Origin: an uncultured Acidobacteriaceae bacterium
Lineage (GTDB): Bacteria > Acidobacteriota > Terriglobia > Terriglobales > Acidobacteriaceae
Assembly: GCA_963721995.1 (NCBI GenBank)
Contig: CAVRNK010000064.1
Coordinates: 6,569 to 70,568 of the forward strand
Direction: 5' to 3'
Length of the DNA: 64,000 bases
Every line of letters starts with the position of its first letter. Positions within the stretch are counted from its first letter, which is position 1. Of the stretch, positions 9,586 to 19,065 are shown piece by piece. The notes under the pieces are model-generated. The model made no database searches and had not been told where the DNA came from. It saw nothing but the letters and a program-made list of their open reading frames with translations. A program made the translations under genes and the position numbers.

Positions 9586-11016
9586 CTAGAACTGATTCCA
9601 CAGGAACTGGTTGTAGACCTCGTGGTGGAACTGCACCTCCGCCGGCTTCACGACGGTCCCCAGCAGGCGCGGGCAGCGATCGGCTGATGCCTGCTTCAGA
9701 TCGGCGTAGCGGCCCTTCACATCCTCGCCCAGCAGCTTCGTGGTCCAGGTGGAGTTGCGGAAGTTCTCGAGCGCTGTGTAGATGTTGTCGGGAAGGAAGC
9801 GTTCGGCAGACCGGAGGTTGGGAATCTTTGAGGTTTCGCCGTCCAGTCCCGACTTGAAGATGGAGTACATCACCAGGTAAGGATTGGAGTCCGGAGCAAC
9901 TGCACGAACTTCGATGCGCGACGACCGCTCGTTGCCGATAGGGATACGAACCATCGCGCCACGGTTGACGGCGGAGGCATTGAGCTGATTCGGCGCCTCG
10001 TAGTGCGGATCGAGGCGGCGATAGGCGTTGACGCTCGAATTCAGGAACAGGCAGATGTCATTGCCGTGAGTGAGGATGCGGTCGACAAACTCCCAGGCAA
10101 ACGGAGCCAGTTTCTCCTCTCCCTTCGGTTCCCAGAAGATGTTCTTGCCTTCCTTGCTGACGGAAATATTGGTGTGCATGCCGCTACCGTTGACGCCGAC
10201 CACCGGCTTGGGCAGGAAGGATGCCGTCATGCCCAGGCTGGTCGCTACCTGGCGGCAGATCAGCTTATAGAGCTGGATCTGATCTGCGGCAGCGACAACT
10301 TCGCCGTATCCGTAGTTGATCTCGAACTGCGAGGGCGCGACTTCCGGATGGTCCTTCTCGTTTTCGAAGCCCATCGCGCGCTGCACTTCGGCGGTCGTGT
10401 CGATGAATTTGCGCAGCGGATCGCCGGGCAGCGAGTGGTAGTAGCCGCCGGTGTTCACATAATCAAACCGGCCGGTCTCGGGGAAGCGCTTCTCGGCGTC
10501 GACGCCCGCAAACAGGAAGCCCTCGATTTCATTGGCCGCATTCAGCGTGTAGCCGTGCTTCTCGTGGAGACCCTGCGCATAACCCTTGAGCACGCCACGC
10601 ATGTCGGCGGTGTACGGTGTGCCGCCTTTGTCGATGACCTCGCCAAAGACCAGCACCTTGCCCGATCCAAAGTAGTCGGACGGCGCAAAGTAAAACGCGC
10701 CCCAGTCGATGCCTAGCCGCAGATCGCTCTCCCGCTGCGCGGTGAAGCCACGAATCGACGAGCCGTCGAAAGTGAGATTGTCGTAGCTCTTGACGATGAA
10801 CTTCTTGTCGTAGTCGAGCATGTGCAGCCGGCCTTCGAGGTCGCTGAACAGTACGGTGACGGCCTTAATACCCTTCTGATCTGTCAGATACTTCAGGCGC
10901 TCTTCCTGAATCTTGCCGGGGTCAACGCGCTTCATGCGTTGCTCTTTGGCCTTCAGATTCAGCTCTTCCAGCTCTGGATACGACAACGACAAAAAGTTAC
11001 GCAGTTCAGTCGACAT
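9586..11016 (-). CDS. glnA: Glutamine synthetase (type I)
   Basis: FDGSSI, HPEVAPSQFE, PKP..NGSGMH, NAYRRL, NRGAMVRIP and RIEVR motifs. Confidence 0.93.
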   Translation of the reverse strand: MSTELRNFLSLSYPELEELNLKAKEQRMKRVDPGKIQEERLKYLTDQKGIKAVTVLFSDLEGRLHMLDYDKKFIVKSYDNLTFDGSSIRGFTAQRESDLRLGIDWGAFYFAPSDYFGSGKVLVFGEVIDKGGTPYTADMRGVLKGYAQGLHEKHGYTLNAANEIEGFLFAGVDAEKRFPETGRFDYVNTGGYYHSLPGDPLRKFIDTTAEVQRAMGFENEKDHPEVAPSQFEINYGYGEVVAAADQIQLYKLICRQVATSLGMTASFLPKPVVGVNGSGMHTNISVSKEGKNIFWEPKGEEKLAPFAWEFVDRILTHGNDICLFLNSSVNAYRRLDPHYEAPNQLNASAVNRGAMVRIPIGNERSSRIEVRAVAPDSNPYLVMYSIFKSGLDGETSKIPNLRSAERFLPDNIYTALENFRNSTWTTKLLGEDVKGRYADLKQASADRCPRLLGTVVKPAEVQFHHEVYNQFLWNQF

Positions 11017-11292
11017 GGATCTCCTCAGAATGAGTTGAGAACAAAGCCACCTCCAGTACCCTGCGTCGGCCCTTCAGGGTTGGCCTGCAGGCTTTTAGCG
11101 CCAAAACGTGAGGGGTTGTTACTCTGAAATCAAGATTAATGGCCCGGATCGAAAAGGGAAAACGGTATTAAGAATTGTGATTCTGCCAATCGCGTTTATT
11201 TATACCGCAGCTCCGCCCGCGATTCACCACTTTACCCACTGAGGCTCTGGGGGAAGAACGGCCGCCCCCTGCGTCCACTATCCTGAATACCA

Positions 11293-12048
11293 GTGATCGC
11301 CCATCAAGCCGAAGCCCTTGTCCTGCGTACCTGGCCTGTCCATGAGGCAGATCACATTGTCTCGCTCTTTACCCGCGATCAGGGAAAACTCAAGGGCATC
11401 GCCAAGTCATCTGCCAGGTCGCGCAAGCGGTTTGGCGGAGCGCTTGAGCCGATGACCTATGTCCTCGCCAGCTATGTTGAAAAGCCGCGCCAGGATCTGG
11501 TGCGCCTCGACTCGTGCGAGATCCTGATCTCGCCCCTATCTGAGCCCGTTGACTATGCGCGAGCCGCGGCACTTGCTTTCTATGCAGAGGTGCTGGAGGA
11601 GACGCTGCCGGATCACGATCCGCAGGATCCTGTCTTTCGCCTGGCGCTGGCCGTGCTCGATCACACCCGCGCCGGCGAGATCTGGCTTCCAGTGACGTAC
11701 TTTGGTCTCTGGATCCTCCGCCTGATGGGCTGGATGCCGGATCTTGCCCATTGCCAGGTCTGCGGCAAGGCCTTTGCCGGTGAGGCGGCCTGGTTTAATC
11801 CGCAGTCCGACGGGCTCGTCTGCGGCGACCATAAGCAGCCCGCGAGCCGGGCGATTTCCGCCGCTTCGCTGGCGGTTGCGAGCTGGATGCTCCGTGCCCC
11901 GATCGCAGACCTGACCCGCGAGGACTGGCCCCGCGGACGTGCTGCCGATCTGCGCCGCTTCGCCCTGCAGGCTCTCGAAAGGCATCTCGAACGGCGGCTC
12001 CGCTCCGCTGCGGCGCTCGGCAAACTCGGCGTCGACCCTCAGCCGTAG
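11293..12048 (+). CDS. recO: DNA repair protein RecO
   Basis: [28 protein letters not shown]; CxxC..C zinc motif; upstream of glyQS. Confidence 0.9.
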   Translation: MIAHQAEALVLRTWPVHEADHIVSLFTRDQGKLKGIAKSSARSRKRFGGALEPMTYVLASYVEKPRQDLVRLDSCEILISPLSEPVDYARAAALAFYAEVLEETLPDHDPQDPVFRLALAVLDHTRAGEIWLPVTYFGLWILRLMGWMPDLAHCQVCGKAFAGEAAWFNPQSDGLVCGDHKQPASRAISAASLAVASWMLRAPIADLTREDWPRGRAADLRRFALQALERHLERRLRSAAALGKLGVDPQP

Positions 12049-12103
12049 CAAGCCAGTACAACAAGGTAGAATCCTGATAGCGCTAAATTTACGGAAAGTT
12101 ACT

Positions 12104-13183
12104 GTGCCTGCAACCATTTCGCCCGTTCCCACCCGCACCGAGCCGCTCACCTTTCAGCAATTGCTTTTCCGGCTGCAGACCTTCTGGGCGGACCGCGGAT
12201 GCATCCTTCAGCAGCCCTATGACGTTGAGGTCGGCGCCGGCACCATGTCGCCCGACACCTTCCTGCGCGTGCTCGGTCCGAAACCGATCAACATTGCTTA
12301 CGCGCAGCCCTCGCGCCGCCCCGCCGATGGCCGCTACGGAGAGAATCCGAACCGACTCTACAAGCACACGCAGTTTCAGGTCATTCTCAAGCCGCCACCA
12401 GCCGATATCCAGGATGTCTATCTCGAATCGCTGACAGCGATCGGCATTGACCTTGCCGAGCACGACATCAAGTTCGAAGAAGACAATTGGGAGTCGCCCA
12501 CCCTCGGCGCATGGGGCATCGGCTGGCAGGTGATGCTCGATGGCCTGGAAGTCACGCAGTTCACCTACTTTCAGCAATGCGGCGGCATCGACCTCGACCC
12601 CATCAGCGGCGAGATCACCTATGGGCTCGAGCGGCTCACTGCTTTTCTCCAGAATGTGGACTCGCTCTACGACATCGTTTGGGCCCGTGACCCGAAGACG
12701 GGCAAGGCCATCACCTACGGCGATATCCGGCTGCAGGAGGAGATCCAGTTTTCCGTCTACAACTTTGAAGCCGCCGAGGTGGAAAAGCTGTGGGAGCACC
12801 TGCGGCTCTACGAAGCCGAGTGCCAGACGCTGCTGGCAAGCTACAACGACAGCTTCTCGCCCAAAGCCGAGAAGGGCGCAGAACGCCACAAGAAGATCCA
12901 TGATCGCGTTATTCACGAAGGAGACGAGAGAGGGTCTGCCGCTGGCGCGATTCCGACCGTCGAAGACGCAATGACCGAAGACCCTAAGGCGCAGCAACGC
13001 AGATTCCCGGTTCTGGGAGCCTACGATCTCTGCCTGCGCTGCTCGCACCTGTTCAATCTGCTCGATGCGCGCGGCGCTATCTCGGTCACTGAGCGCGTGG
13101 GAGTCATCGCTCGCATCCGCGCGTTGGCGGTCGGCGTTGCGAAAGGTTATGTCACGCAGCAGCAGGCGGTTTCCGGCTCTTAG
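12104..13183 (+). CDS. glyQ: Glycine--tRNA ligase alpha subunit (with C-terminal insertion)
   Basis: [34 protein letters not shown] and EITYGLER motifs; GTG start at 12104 approximate. Confidence 0.95.
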   Translation: MPATISPVPTRTEPLTFQQLLFRLQTFWADRGCILQQPYDVEVGAGTMSPDTFLRVLGPKPINIAYAQPSRRPADGRYGENPNRLYKHTQFQVILKPPPADIQDVYLESLTAIGIDLAEHDIKFEEDNWESPTLGAWGIGWQVMLDGLEVTQFTYFQQCGGIDLDPISGEITYGLERLTAFLQNVDSLYDIVWARDPKTGKAITYGDIRLQEEIQFSVYNFEAAEVEKLWEHLRLYEAECQTLLASYNDSFSPKAEKGAERHKKIHDRVIHEGDERGSAAGAIPTVEDAMTEDPKAQQRRFPVLGAYDLCLRCSHLFNLLDARGAISVTERVGVIARIRALAVGVAKGYVTQQQAVSGS

Positions 13184-13244
13184 CCGTAAAGGTCAGCGTC
13201 AGCAAAAAATCAATGGCTAATGGCTAATCACTCATGGCTGAATT

Positions 13245-15365
13245 ATGAATTTTCTTTTTGAAGTTGGACTTGAAGAAATCCCCGCCCGCATGATCGCCGC
13301 CGCGCAGGCTGAACTCGCGCGCCGCGTTGAAGACGTCCTGACGCGAGAACGGCTCTGGGTGCCCCATCCTTCGCCTGAAGTTGGCGAAGGGTGGGAATCC
13401 ACAAATGCCATTCACAGCTACTCCACGCCGCGAAGGTTGGCAGTGCTGGTGACCGGGGTCGAAGCCGGCCAGGCCGATGCGCAGGAGCAACTCACAGGGC
13501 CCTCGTGGGCGGTCGCCTTCAAGAACGGTGAACCGACGCCCGCTGCGCACGCCTTTGCGAAAAAGGCTGGAGTCGAAGTCTCAGCACTTCAGAAGATCAC
13601 CACGCAAAAGGGTGAATATGTCTCCGCTGTCGTCGAGCGCAAAGGGCGCACCGCGTCGGACATTCTCGCCGAACAGTTGCCGAAGGAACTGGCTGCGCTC
13701 TACTGGCCGAAGAACATGTACTGGCGCGCCGGGAAGCCGGAGCGATTTGTTCGCCCCATCAAGTGGCTGCTGGCGCTGCTCGATCACGCGATCGTGCCGG
13801 TGGAATTTGCGGGCGTGCACGCTGCGAACCTCACCTACGGCCACCGCATTCTTCACGGAGATGCGGCTGTCACGGTCGAGCACGCGGTGAATTACCTCGG
13901 GCTTCTGGAGAGCGCCTTCGTCACCGCCGATGTCGATTTGCGTCGCCACCGCATCCGCAAGGGTCTGGACGCGGCGACTCGGACCATTCCCGGAGCGCGC
14001 TGGCGCGAGGACGAGGCGCTGGTCGACACCGTGACGCACCTCACCGAGTGGCCTTCCGTCCTGCTGGGCGGTTTCGAGCCGGAATATCTCTCGCTGCCCG
14101 AGGAAGTGCTGGTCACGGTTATGCGCGACCACCAGAAGTACTTTGCCGTGGAGGACGCACAGGGCAAGCTGGCGGCATATTTCCTGACCGTCCTCAACAC
14201 GCAGCCCACTGAGCAAGCCGCGGAGATTATTCGCCACGGCAACGAACGGGTGCTGCGGTCGAGATTCAATGACGCGCGCTTCTTCTGGACCGTCGACCAG
14301 AAGATTCCACTCGTCGATCGCGTCGAGATGCTGAAGGCGGTGACTTTCCAGAAAGATCTGGGAAGCTATTACGAGAAGACCGAAGCGAATCTTCACGTCG
14401 CCGAGAGTTTGGGTGGAGTCGCGGCTGAACGTGGGGCCGTGATCGATCGGCACGCACTCATCACTGCTGTGCGGCTGGCCAAGACCGATCTGACTACGGA
14501 ACTCGTCAAAGAATTCACCGAACTTCAGGGCATCGTCGGAGGCCTCTACGCTCGTGCTCAAGGGTTCGGCGAGGCCGTTGCTCAAGCGATTTATTGGCAA
14601 TATTCGCCGGCAGCCATCGAGGATCCAATTCCGCCCACCGTCGAAGGCCAGATTCTAGGTATAGCCGACCGCTTTCAGACGATCGAGGCGATGTTCGGCA
14701 TCGGACTCGAACCCACCGGTTCGAAAGATCCGTTCGGGCTGAGGCGCGCGGCAAACGGCATCGTAAAGATCCTTGCTGAGTCGGGTCTACAACTCCGCTT
14801 TTCCGACCTTTATATGGCCGTCGATCCGCATCTCTTGCCAAATTTCTTCCGCGAGCGGGTTGAATTCTACATGCGAAATGTTTGCGGATTAGGCTACGAC
14901 ATCGTTAACGCGGTGCTTGCCGCCGGATTCAACGATGTGGTTGACGCAATCGCCCGCGGCAAGGACCTCAGTGTGGCGACCGGCTCTGAAGAATTTAAGG
15001 CAATCTGTGCATCCTTTAAACGAATGTCTAACATTCTCCGGCAAGCTTCAGACGAAGACAAACTGGCGGTCGATTCCGCGCCTGTGAAGGTAGAGTCAAA
15101 ATTATTCACTGATCACTCTGAAACGGATTTGTATCAACGTACCGTAGATATTTCTCAAACTGTCAAAGTGTTCCGGCGCGAACGACAATACCTAAAAGCT
15201 CTCGATCACATTGCCACCCTCGGACCTGACATAGATCTCTTCTTTGAAAGAGTTATGGTCATGGTTGAGGATGAAGCAATTCGACGCAATCGCCTGAGGC
15301 TTTTACGGACGATTCTCGCTGGCTTCTCCTCCATCGCCGACTTTTCGGAGATCGTTACCAGCTAG
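13245..15365 (+). CDS. glyS: Glycine--tRNA ligase beta subunit
   Basis: FLFEVGLEEIP, TPRRLAV, HQKYF, EFTELQG, PTGSKDPFGLRR and RRNRL motifs. Confidence 0.95.
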   Translation: MNFLFEVGLEEIPARMIAAAQAELARRVEDVLTRERLWVPHPSPEVGEGWESTNAIHSYSTPRRLAVLVTGVEAGQADAQEQLTGPSWAVAFKNGEPTPAAHAFAKKAGVEVSALQKITTQKGEYVSAVVERKGRTASDILAEQLPKELAALYWPKNMYWRAGKPERFVRPIKWLLALLDHAIVPVEFAGVHAANLTYGHRILHGDAAVTVEHAVNYLGLLESAFVTADVDLRRHRIRKGLDAATRTIPGARWREDEALVDTVTHLTEWPSVLLGGFEPEYLSLPEEVLVTVMRDHQKYFAVEDAQGKLAAYFLTVLNTQPTEQAAEIIRHGNERVLRSRFNDARFFWTVDQKIPLVDRVEMLKAVTFQKDLGSYYEKTEANLHVAESLGGVAAERGAVIDRHALITAVRLAKTDLTTELVKEFTELQGIVGGLYARAQGFGEAVAQAIYWQYSPAAIEDPIPPTVEGQILGIADRFQTIEAMFGIGLEPTGSKDPFGLRRAANGIVKILAESGLQLRFSDLYMAVDPHLLPNFFRERVEFYMRNVCGLGYDIVNAVLAAGFNDVVDAIARGKDLSVATGSEEFKAICASFKRMSNILRQASDEDKLAVDSAPVKVESKLFTDHSETDLYQRTVDISQTVKVFRRERQYLKALDHIATLGPDIDLFFERVMVMVEDEAIRRNRLRLLRTILAGFSSIADFSEIVTS
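13357..13395 (+). repeat. REP-like hairpin inserted in-frame within glyS
   Basis: gggtgc-cccatccttcgcc-tgaagtt-ggcgaagggtggg: 13-bp stem with 7-nt loop; encodes WVPHPSPEVGEGW. Confidence 0.7.
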
Positions 15366-15367
15366 TG

Positions 15368-16402
15368 ATGCACTTCCACGAACACGTCCCACTGGCACCC
15401 TACACGACCTTCCACATCGGAGGCCCGGCGCGCTGGTTTGCGGAGGCGGCGAGCGAAGCCGACATCTTCGAGGCAGTCGAGTTCGCTCGCAGCCGCAGCC
15501 TGCCGCTCTTCATCCTCGGCGGAGGCAGCAATCTTCTTGTCTCCGACGAAGGCTTTCCCGGGTTGGTGCTGCACATTGCCCTCAAGGGAATCGAGCAGGT
15601 TTATCACTTCTTCCGCGTCGCAGCCGGTGAGAACTGGGACGAATTCGTCGCTCACGCTGTTACACAAAATTACGCCGGTATCGAATGTCTTGCCGGAATC
15701 CCCGGAACTGTGGGCGGCACACCCGTTCAGAACGTCGGTGCCTATGGGCAGGAGGTCGCGGACACCATAGAGGCCGTGCGTGTGCTCGATCTGAACAGCC
15801 TCAAAGTCAGCGATTTGTCGCCGGCGAAGTGCAGGTTCTCCTACCGTCGCAGCATCTTTAACTCGACGCAGCGTGGAAGCTATATCGTCACCCGCGTCGA
15901 TTACGCGCTGAACAAAGACGGGCCGCCCCGCCTCACCTACGCCGACCTGAGGAAGCAATTTACCGGACGATCCGAGCCCTCTCTTGCCGAAGTGAGCAGC
16001 GCGGTCAGAAGCATTCGCCACCAGAAAGGCATGCTCATTGTCGACGGCGATCCTGACTGCCGCAGCGCGGGAAGCTTCTTCAAGAACCCCGTCATTGGCG
16101 CGCAACACCTCTCACGCATTGCGGCTGACTTTGCCGCACCCGTTCCGACTTATCCCGCTGGAGAAGGCTTCGTCAAGCTGCCCGCCGCGTGGCTGGTGGA
16201 GCAGGCCGGCTTTCACAAGGGCTATGCGCTGGGGCGAGCCGGCATCTCCAGCCGCCACACGCTGGCCCTCGTCAATCGCGGAGAAGCCAGGGCCGCTGAC
16301 ATCCTTGCGCTGCGCGACCGGATCGTCATCGCCGTCGAGCAGAAGTTCAGCATCCGCCTTGAGCCCGAGCCTGTCTTTCTAGGTCCGGAATCTCACCGCT
16401 GA
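15368..16402 (+). CDS. murB: UDP-N-acetylenolpyruvoylglucosamine reductase
   Basis: LGGGSN, GIPGTVGGTPVQNVGAYG, YRRS and SAGSFFKNP motifs. Confidence 0.95.
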   Translation: MHFHEHVPLAPYTTFHIGGPARWFAEAASEADIFEAVEFARSRSLPLFILGGGSNLLVSDEGFPGLVLHIALKGIEQVYHFFRVAAGENWDEFVAHAVTQNYAGIECLAGIPGTVGGTPVQNVGAYGQEVADTIEAVRVLDLNSLKVSDLSPAKCRFSYRRSIFNSTQRGSYIVTRVDYALNKDGPPRLTYADLRKQFTGRSEPSLAEVSSAVRSIRHQKGMLIVDGDPDCRSAGSFFKNPVIGAQHLSRIAADFAAPVPTYPAGEGFVKLPAAWLVEQAGFHKGYALGRAGISSRHTLALVNRGEARAADILALRDRIVIAVEQKFSIRLEPEPVFLGPESHR

Positions 16403-17098
16403 AGGTATATCCGCCCCAAGCTGTTCGAGCAGCCGTTCACGATAAGCGGCAAGCACCTCTCGCGCCGGACCCTGGGCCTCGATCTTTCCCGCTTCCAACA
16501 CAAGCGCGTCCGCGTTCATCTGCCACGCGTCGGCGAGAGCGTGCGAGACATACAGCACCGGCACGCTGGTCTGGCGCAGCTTTTCAACGATTGCAGTGCG
16601 GGCGGCGGTGTCCAGCGCCGCAAAGGGCTCATCGAGCAGCAGCAGTTGGGGACGCGGTGCCAGCGCACGCGCTAAAGCTACGCGCTGCTGTTCGCCGCCG
16701 GAGAGCGCGCCCGGCTTGCGATCGGCGAGCGGAGTGGCATCAAACAGATCGAGCATCTCTGCCACTCGAGCCTCCCGCTCATCGCCTTTCAGAGCATGAA
16801 GCCCGAAGCCGACGTTGGCCCGCGCAGTCAGGTGCGGAAACAGCGCCGCCCGCTGGGTAACAAAGCCGATGCGCCGCTGACCCGGCTCGACGTTCGTGCC
16901 CGCATCCGTATCGGTCAGGATACTTTGCCCCAAAATGATCCTTCCCCAGTCCGGTGACAGCAGCCCGGAGAGAATCCGCAGCAGAGTAGTCTTTCCCGCA
17001 CCGGATGGCCCGAACAGGACCGTCCAGCCGGGGCCGAGCTCAAAGCGCGCTTCGAGATTGAAACCCGCGCGCCTGAATCGCACATCTGCCTTAACCAC
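16379..17098 (-). CDS. modC: Molybdate ABC transporter ATP-binding subunit
   Basis: GPSGAGKTT, LSGGEQQR and LLLDEPF; follows modB; GTG start at 17098. Confidence 0.88.
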   Translation of the reverse strand: MVKADVRFRRAGFNLEARFELGPGWTVLFGPSGAGKTTLLRILSGLLSPDWGRIILGQSILTDTDAGTNVEPGQRRIGFVTQRAALFPHLTARANVGFGLHALKGDEREARVAEMLDLFDATPLADRKPGALSGGEQQRVALARALAPRPQLLLLDEPFAALDTAARTAIVEKLRQTSVPVLYVSHALADAWQMNADALVLEAGKIEAQGPAREVLAAYRERLLEQLGADIPSAVRFRT

Positions 17099-17765
17099 GG
17101 TGAGCCTCGCCCAGTGCCGGCCGCCGCCGCGAATAGAGCAGCACCAGCGCCGCGAGAGAGGTCGCAACCAGCAGCAACGATGTCCGGTTGGCCTGCGCGT
17201 ACGCGAAGTCCTGCACCTGGTCGTAGATGAGAATCGACAGCGTCCGAGTCGCGCCCGGGATATTGCCGCCAATCATCAGCACCACTCCGAACTCGCCGAC
17301 CGTGTGCATGAAGCACAGGACGCCAGCGGTCAGAACTGAACGCGCCGACAGCGGCAGCAGCACTTTCCGCAAAAGTCGCACCCGCGATGCTCCAAGCAGA
17401 CGCGCCTGCTCGAGCAGAGCCGTATCCACGCCCGCGAAGCCCGCCACCAGCGGCTGCACAGCAAACGGCAGGCTGTAGATAGCAGATCCCACCACCAGCC
17501 CGGAAAACGAAAATGCCAGAGGATGTCCGGTGAGGTGAATCCACGCCCGGCCGAATGCTGTTCGTGGCCCGAGCAGCACCAGCAGATAGAAACCCAGCAC
17601 GGTTGGCGGCAGCAGCAGCGGCAGCGTCGACACAGCTTCGACCAGCGCCCGCAGCCGCGAGCGGGTAAAGACGACCCAGGCCGCCAGCGGCACGGCAATC
17701 GCCAGCAGTAAGGCGGTCGTCACGACGGCCAGACGCAGCGTGAGTGCGAGCGCCTGCAGGTCCAT
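17091..17765 (-). CDS. modB: Molybdate ABC transporter permease
   Basis: LPLLLPPTVLGFYLL, GEFGVVLMIGGNIPG. Confidence 0.93.
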   Translation of the reverse strand: MDLQALALTLRLAVVTTALLLAIAVPLAAWVVFTRSRLRALVEAVSTLPLLLPPTVLGFYLLVLLGPRTAFGRAWIHLTGHPLAFSFSGLVVGSAIYSLPFAVQPLVAGFAGVDTALLEQARLLGASRVRLLRKVLLPLSARSVLTAGVLCFMHTVGEFGVVLMIGGNIPGATRTLSILIYDQVQDFAYAQANRTSLLLVATSLAALVLLYSRRRPALGEAHRG

Positions 17766-18557
17766 TTATTTTGCAGGAGCCAGACTCGGAGATAGACCAG
17801 CGGCCTCAAGCTGTTGCTGGACGGGCGCCGAAGCCAGGAAGTCGATAAAGCGGTGTGCCGGCTGCGTGCCGGTGGGATGTTTCAGGATCACCGCGCCCTG
17901 CAGGATCGGCGGATATGTATCCTGCGGCACCGGCACGTAGTGGCCGCTGGATCGCAGCCGCGGCGTAACGGCGGAGGTGAGCGAGATCAGTCCCAGCTCG
18001 GCATTGGCGGACTCGACATACTGCGCGGTCTGCGCGATATTTTCCGCAATCACCAGCTTCGGTTTCAGGGAATCGTACAAGCCGAGATGTTCAAGCGCGG
18101 CGCGAGCCGCGCGTCCATAGGGAGCGTGCTCGGGATTCGCCATCGCGACCGAGTTCAGTGCTGGATCCTTCAGCGAGTCCATCGAGAGATGGTGAAAGCG
18201 CCCATCATTGCGAGCCCACAACACCAGCGTCCCGCGTGCGTAAGCGATTGGTTCTGGTTCTTCTGAAAGCCCGGCGGCAATCACCCGCTCGGGGAAGCTC
18301 AGGTCTGCCGCGAGAAACAGATCGAACGGCGCGCCATTCAATATCTGCGTCGCCAGCGTCGCCGACGATTGATACGAAGCCACGGCATGAATGCCGGTCT
18401 GGCTCTCAAACTCGGCCAGGAGCGGCGGAAGAACCGGCTGCAGATCCGCCGCCGCGGCGATCCGCAACGGTGCCCGCGCGGATGCGGTCTGTGCTCCGGC
18501 CGTACGTGCGAAGAGCACCGCCAGCAGGCAAATCAGCACCCGGCGCCGGTCAGACAC
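17766..18557 (-). CDS. modA: Molybdate ABC transporter substrate-binding protein
   Basis: Signal peptide; AAAADL, GAPFDLFLAAD, ANPEHAPYGRAA. Confidence 0.93.
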   Translation of the reverse strand: MSDRRRVLICLLAVLFARTAGAQTASARAPLRIAAAADLQPVLPPLLAEFESQTGIHAVASYQSSATLATQILNGAPFDLFLAADLSFPERVIAAGLSEEPEPIAYARGTLVLWARNDGRFHHLSMDSLKDPALNSVAMANPEHAPYGRAARAALEHLGLYDSLKPKLVIAENIAQTAQYVESANAELGLISLTSAVTPRLRSSGHYVPVPQDTYPPILQGAVILKHPTGTQPAHRFIDFLASAPVQQQLEAAGLSPSLAPAK

Positions 18558-18951
18558 GCAGCACCATTACCTCGGTCGATTTCACCAGAGCAGCGACAGT
18601 TTCGCCCACCTCCAGCTGCATTTCCCGGGCGGCCTCGGCGGTAATGATCGACGTGATCACCTGCCCGCCGATCGAGAGCTTTACCTGAGCGAGCAATCCG
18701 TCATATTTCAGCTCGACGATGCGGCCTGTCAGCTGATTGCGCCCGCTGACCGTGCGCATCATTTGCCGCCGGGGCGTCTCCGGCCGCTTCGCCTTGTGCA
18801 GAAAGCCGTCCAGTTCAGCTTCCGGAATGCGGTAGTGCCCGCCGGCTGTCTTCGCTGTCTTGATCTTGCCGCGATAGATCCACTGCTTGATCGTCGGGTA
18901 GGAGATACCCAGGCGCAGAGCAGCCTCACGGGGTGTCAAAAGGGAGGCCAT
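18550..18951 (-). CDS. Excisionase/MerR-like HTH + TOBE molybdate-binding regulator (ModE-like)
   Basis: LLTPREAA..TIKQWI..TAGGHYRI HTH followed by the SGRNQL..LVKSTEV Mop domain; heads the mod operon. Confidence 0.88.
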   Translation of the reverse strand: MASLLTPREAALRLGISYPTIKQWIYRGKIKTAKTAGGHYRIPEAELDGFLHKAKRPETPRRQMMRTVSGRNQLTGRIVELKYDGLLAQVKLSIGGQVITSIITAEAAREMQLEVGETVAALVKSTEVMVLRV

Positions 18952-19065
18952 GGGTGCGATTCTATACGAAATTCTGCGCGAATCTATACGAGCCTGTTCC
19001 GAATCGCAGAGACGCATCATCCGCTCGTCGCCACATCTGCCGCTGATATCCTGAAAAGACTCATC

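Noticed and set aside
18391..19065. Long N-terminal extensions of thrC and of the opposite-strand regulator
   Set aside because: They overlap genuine genes on the other strand; homology begins at 19066 and 18951.
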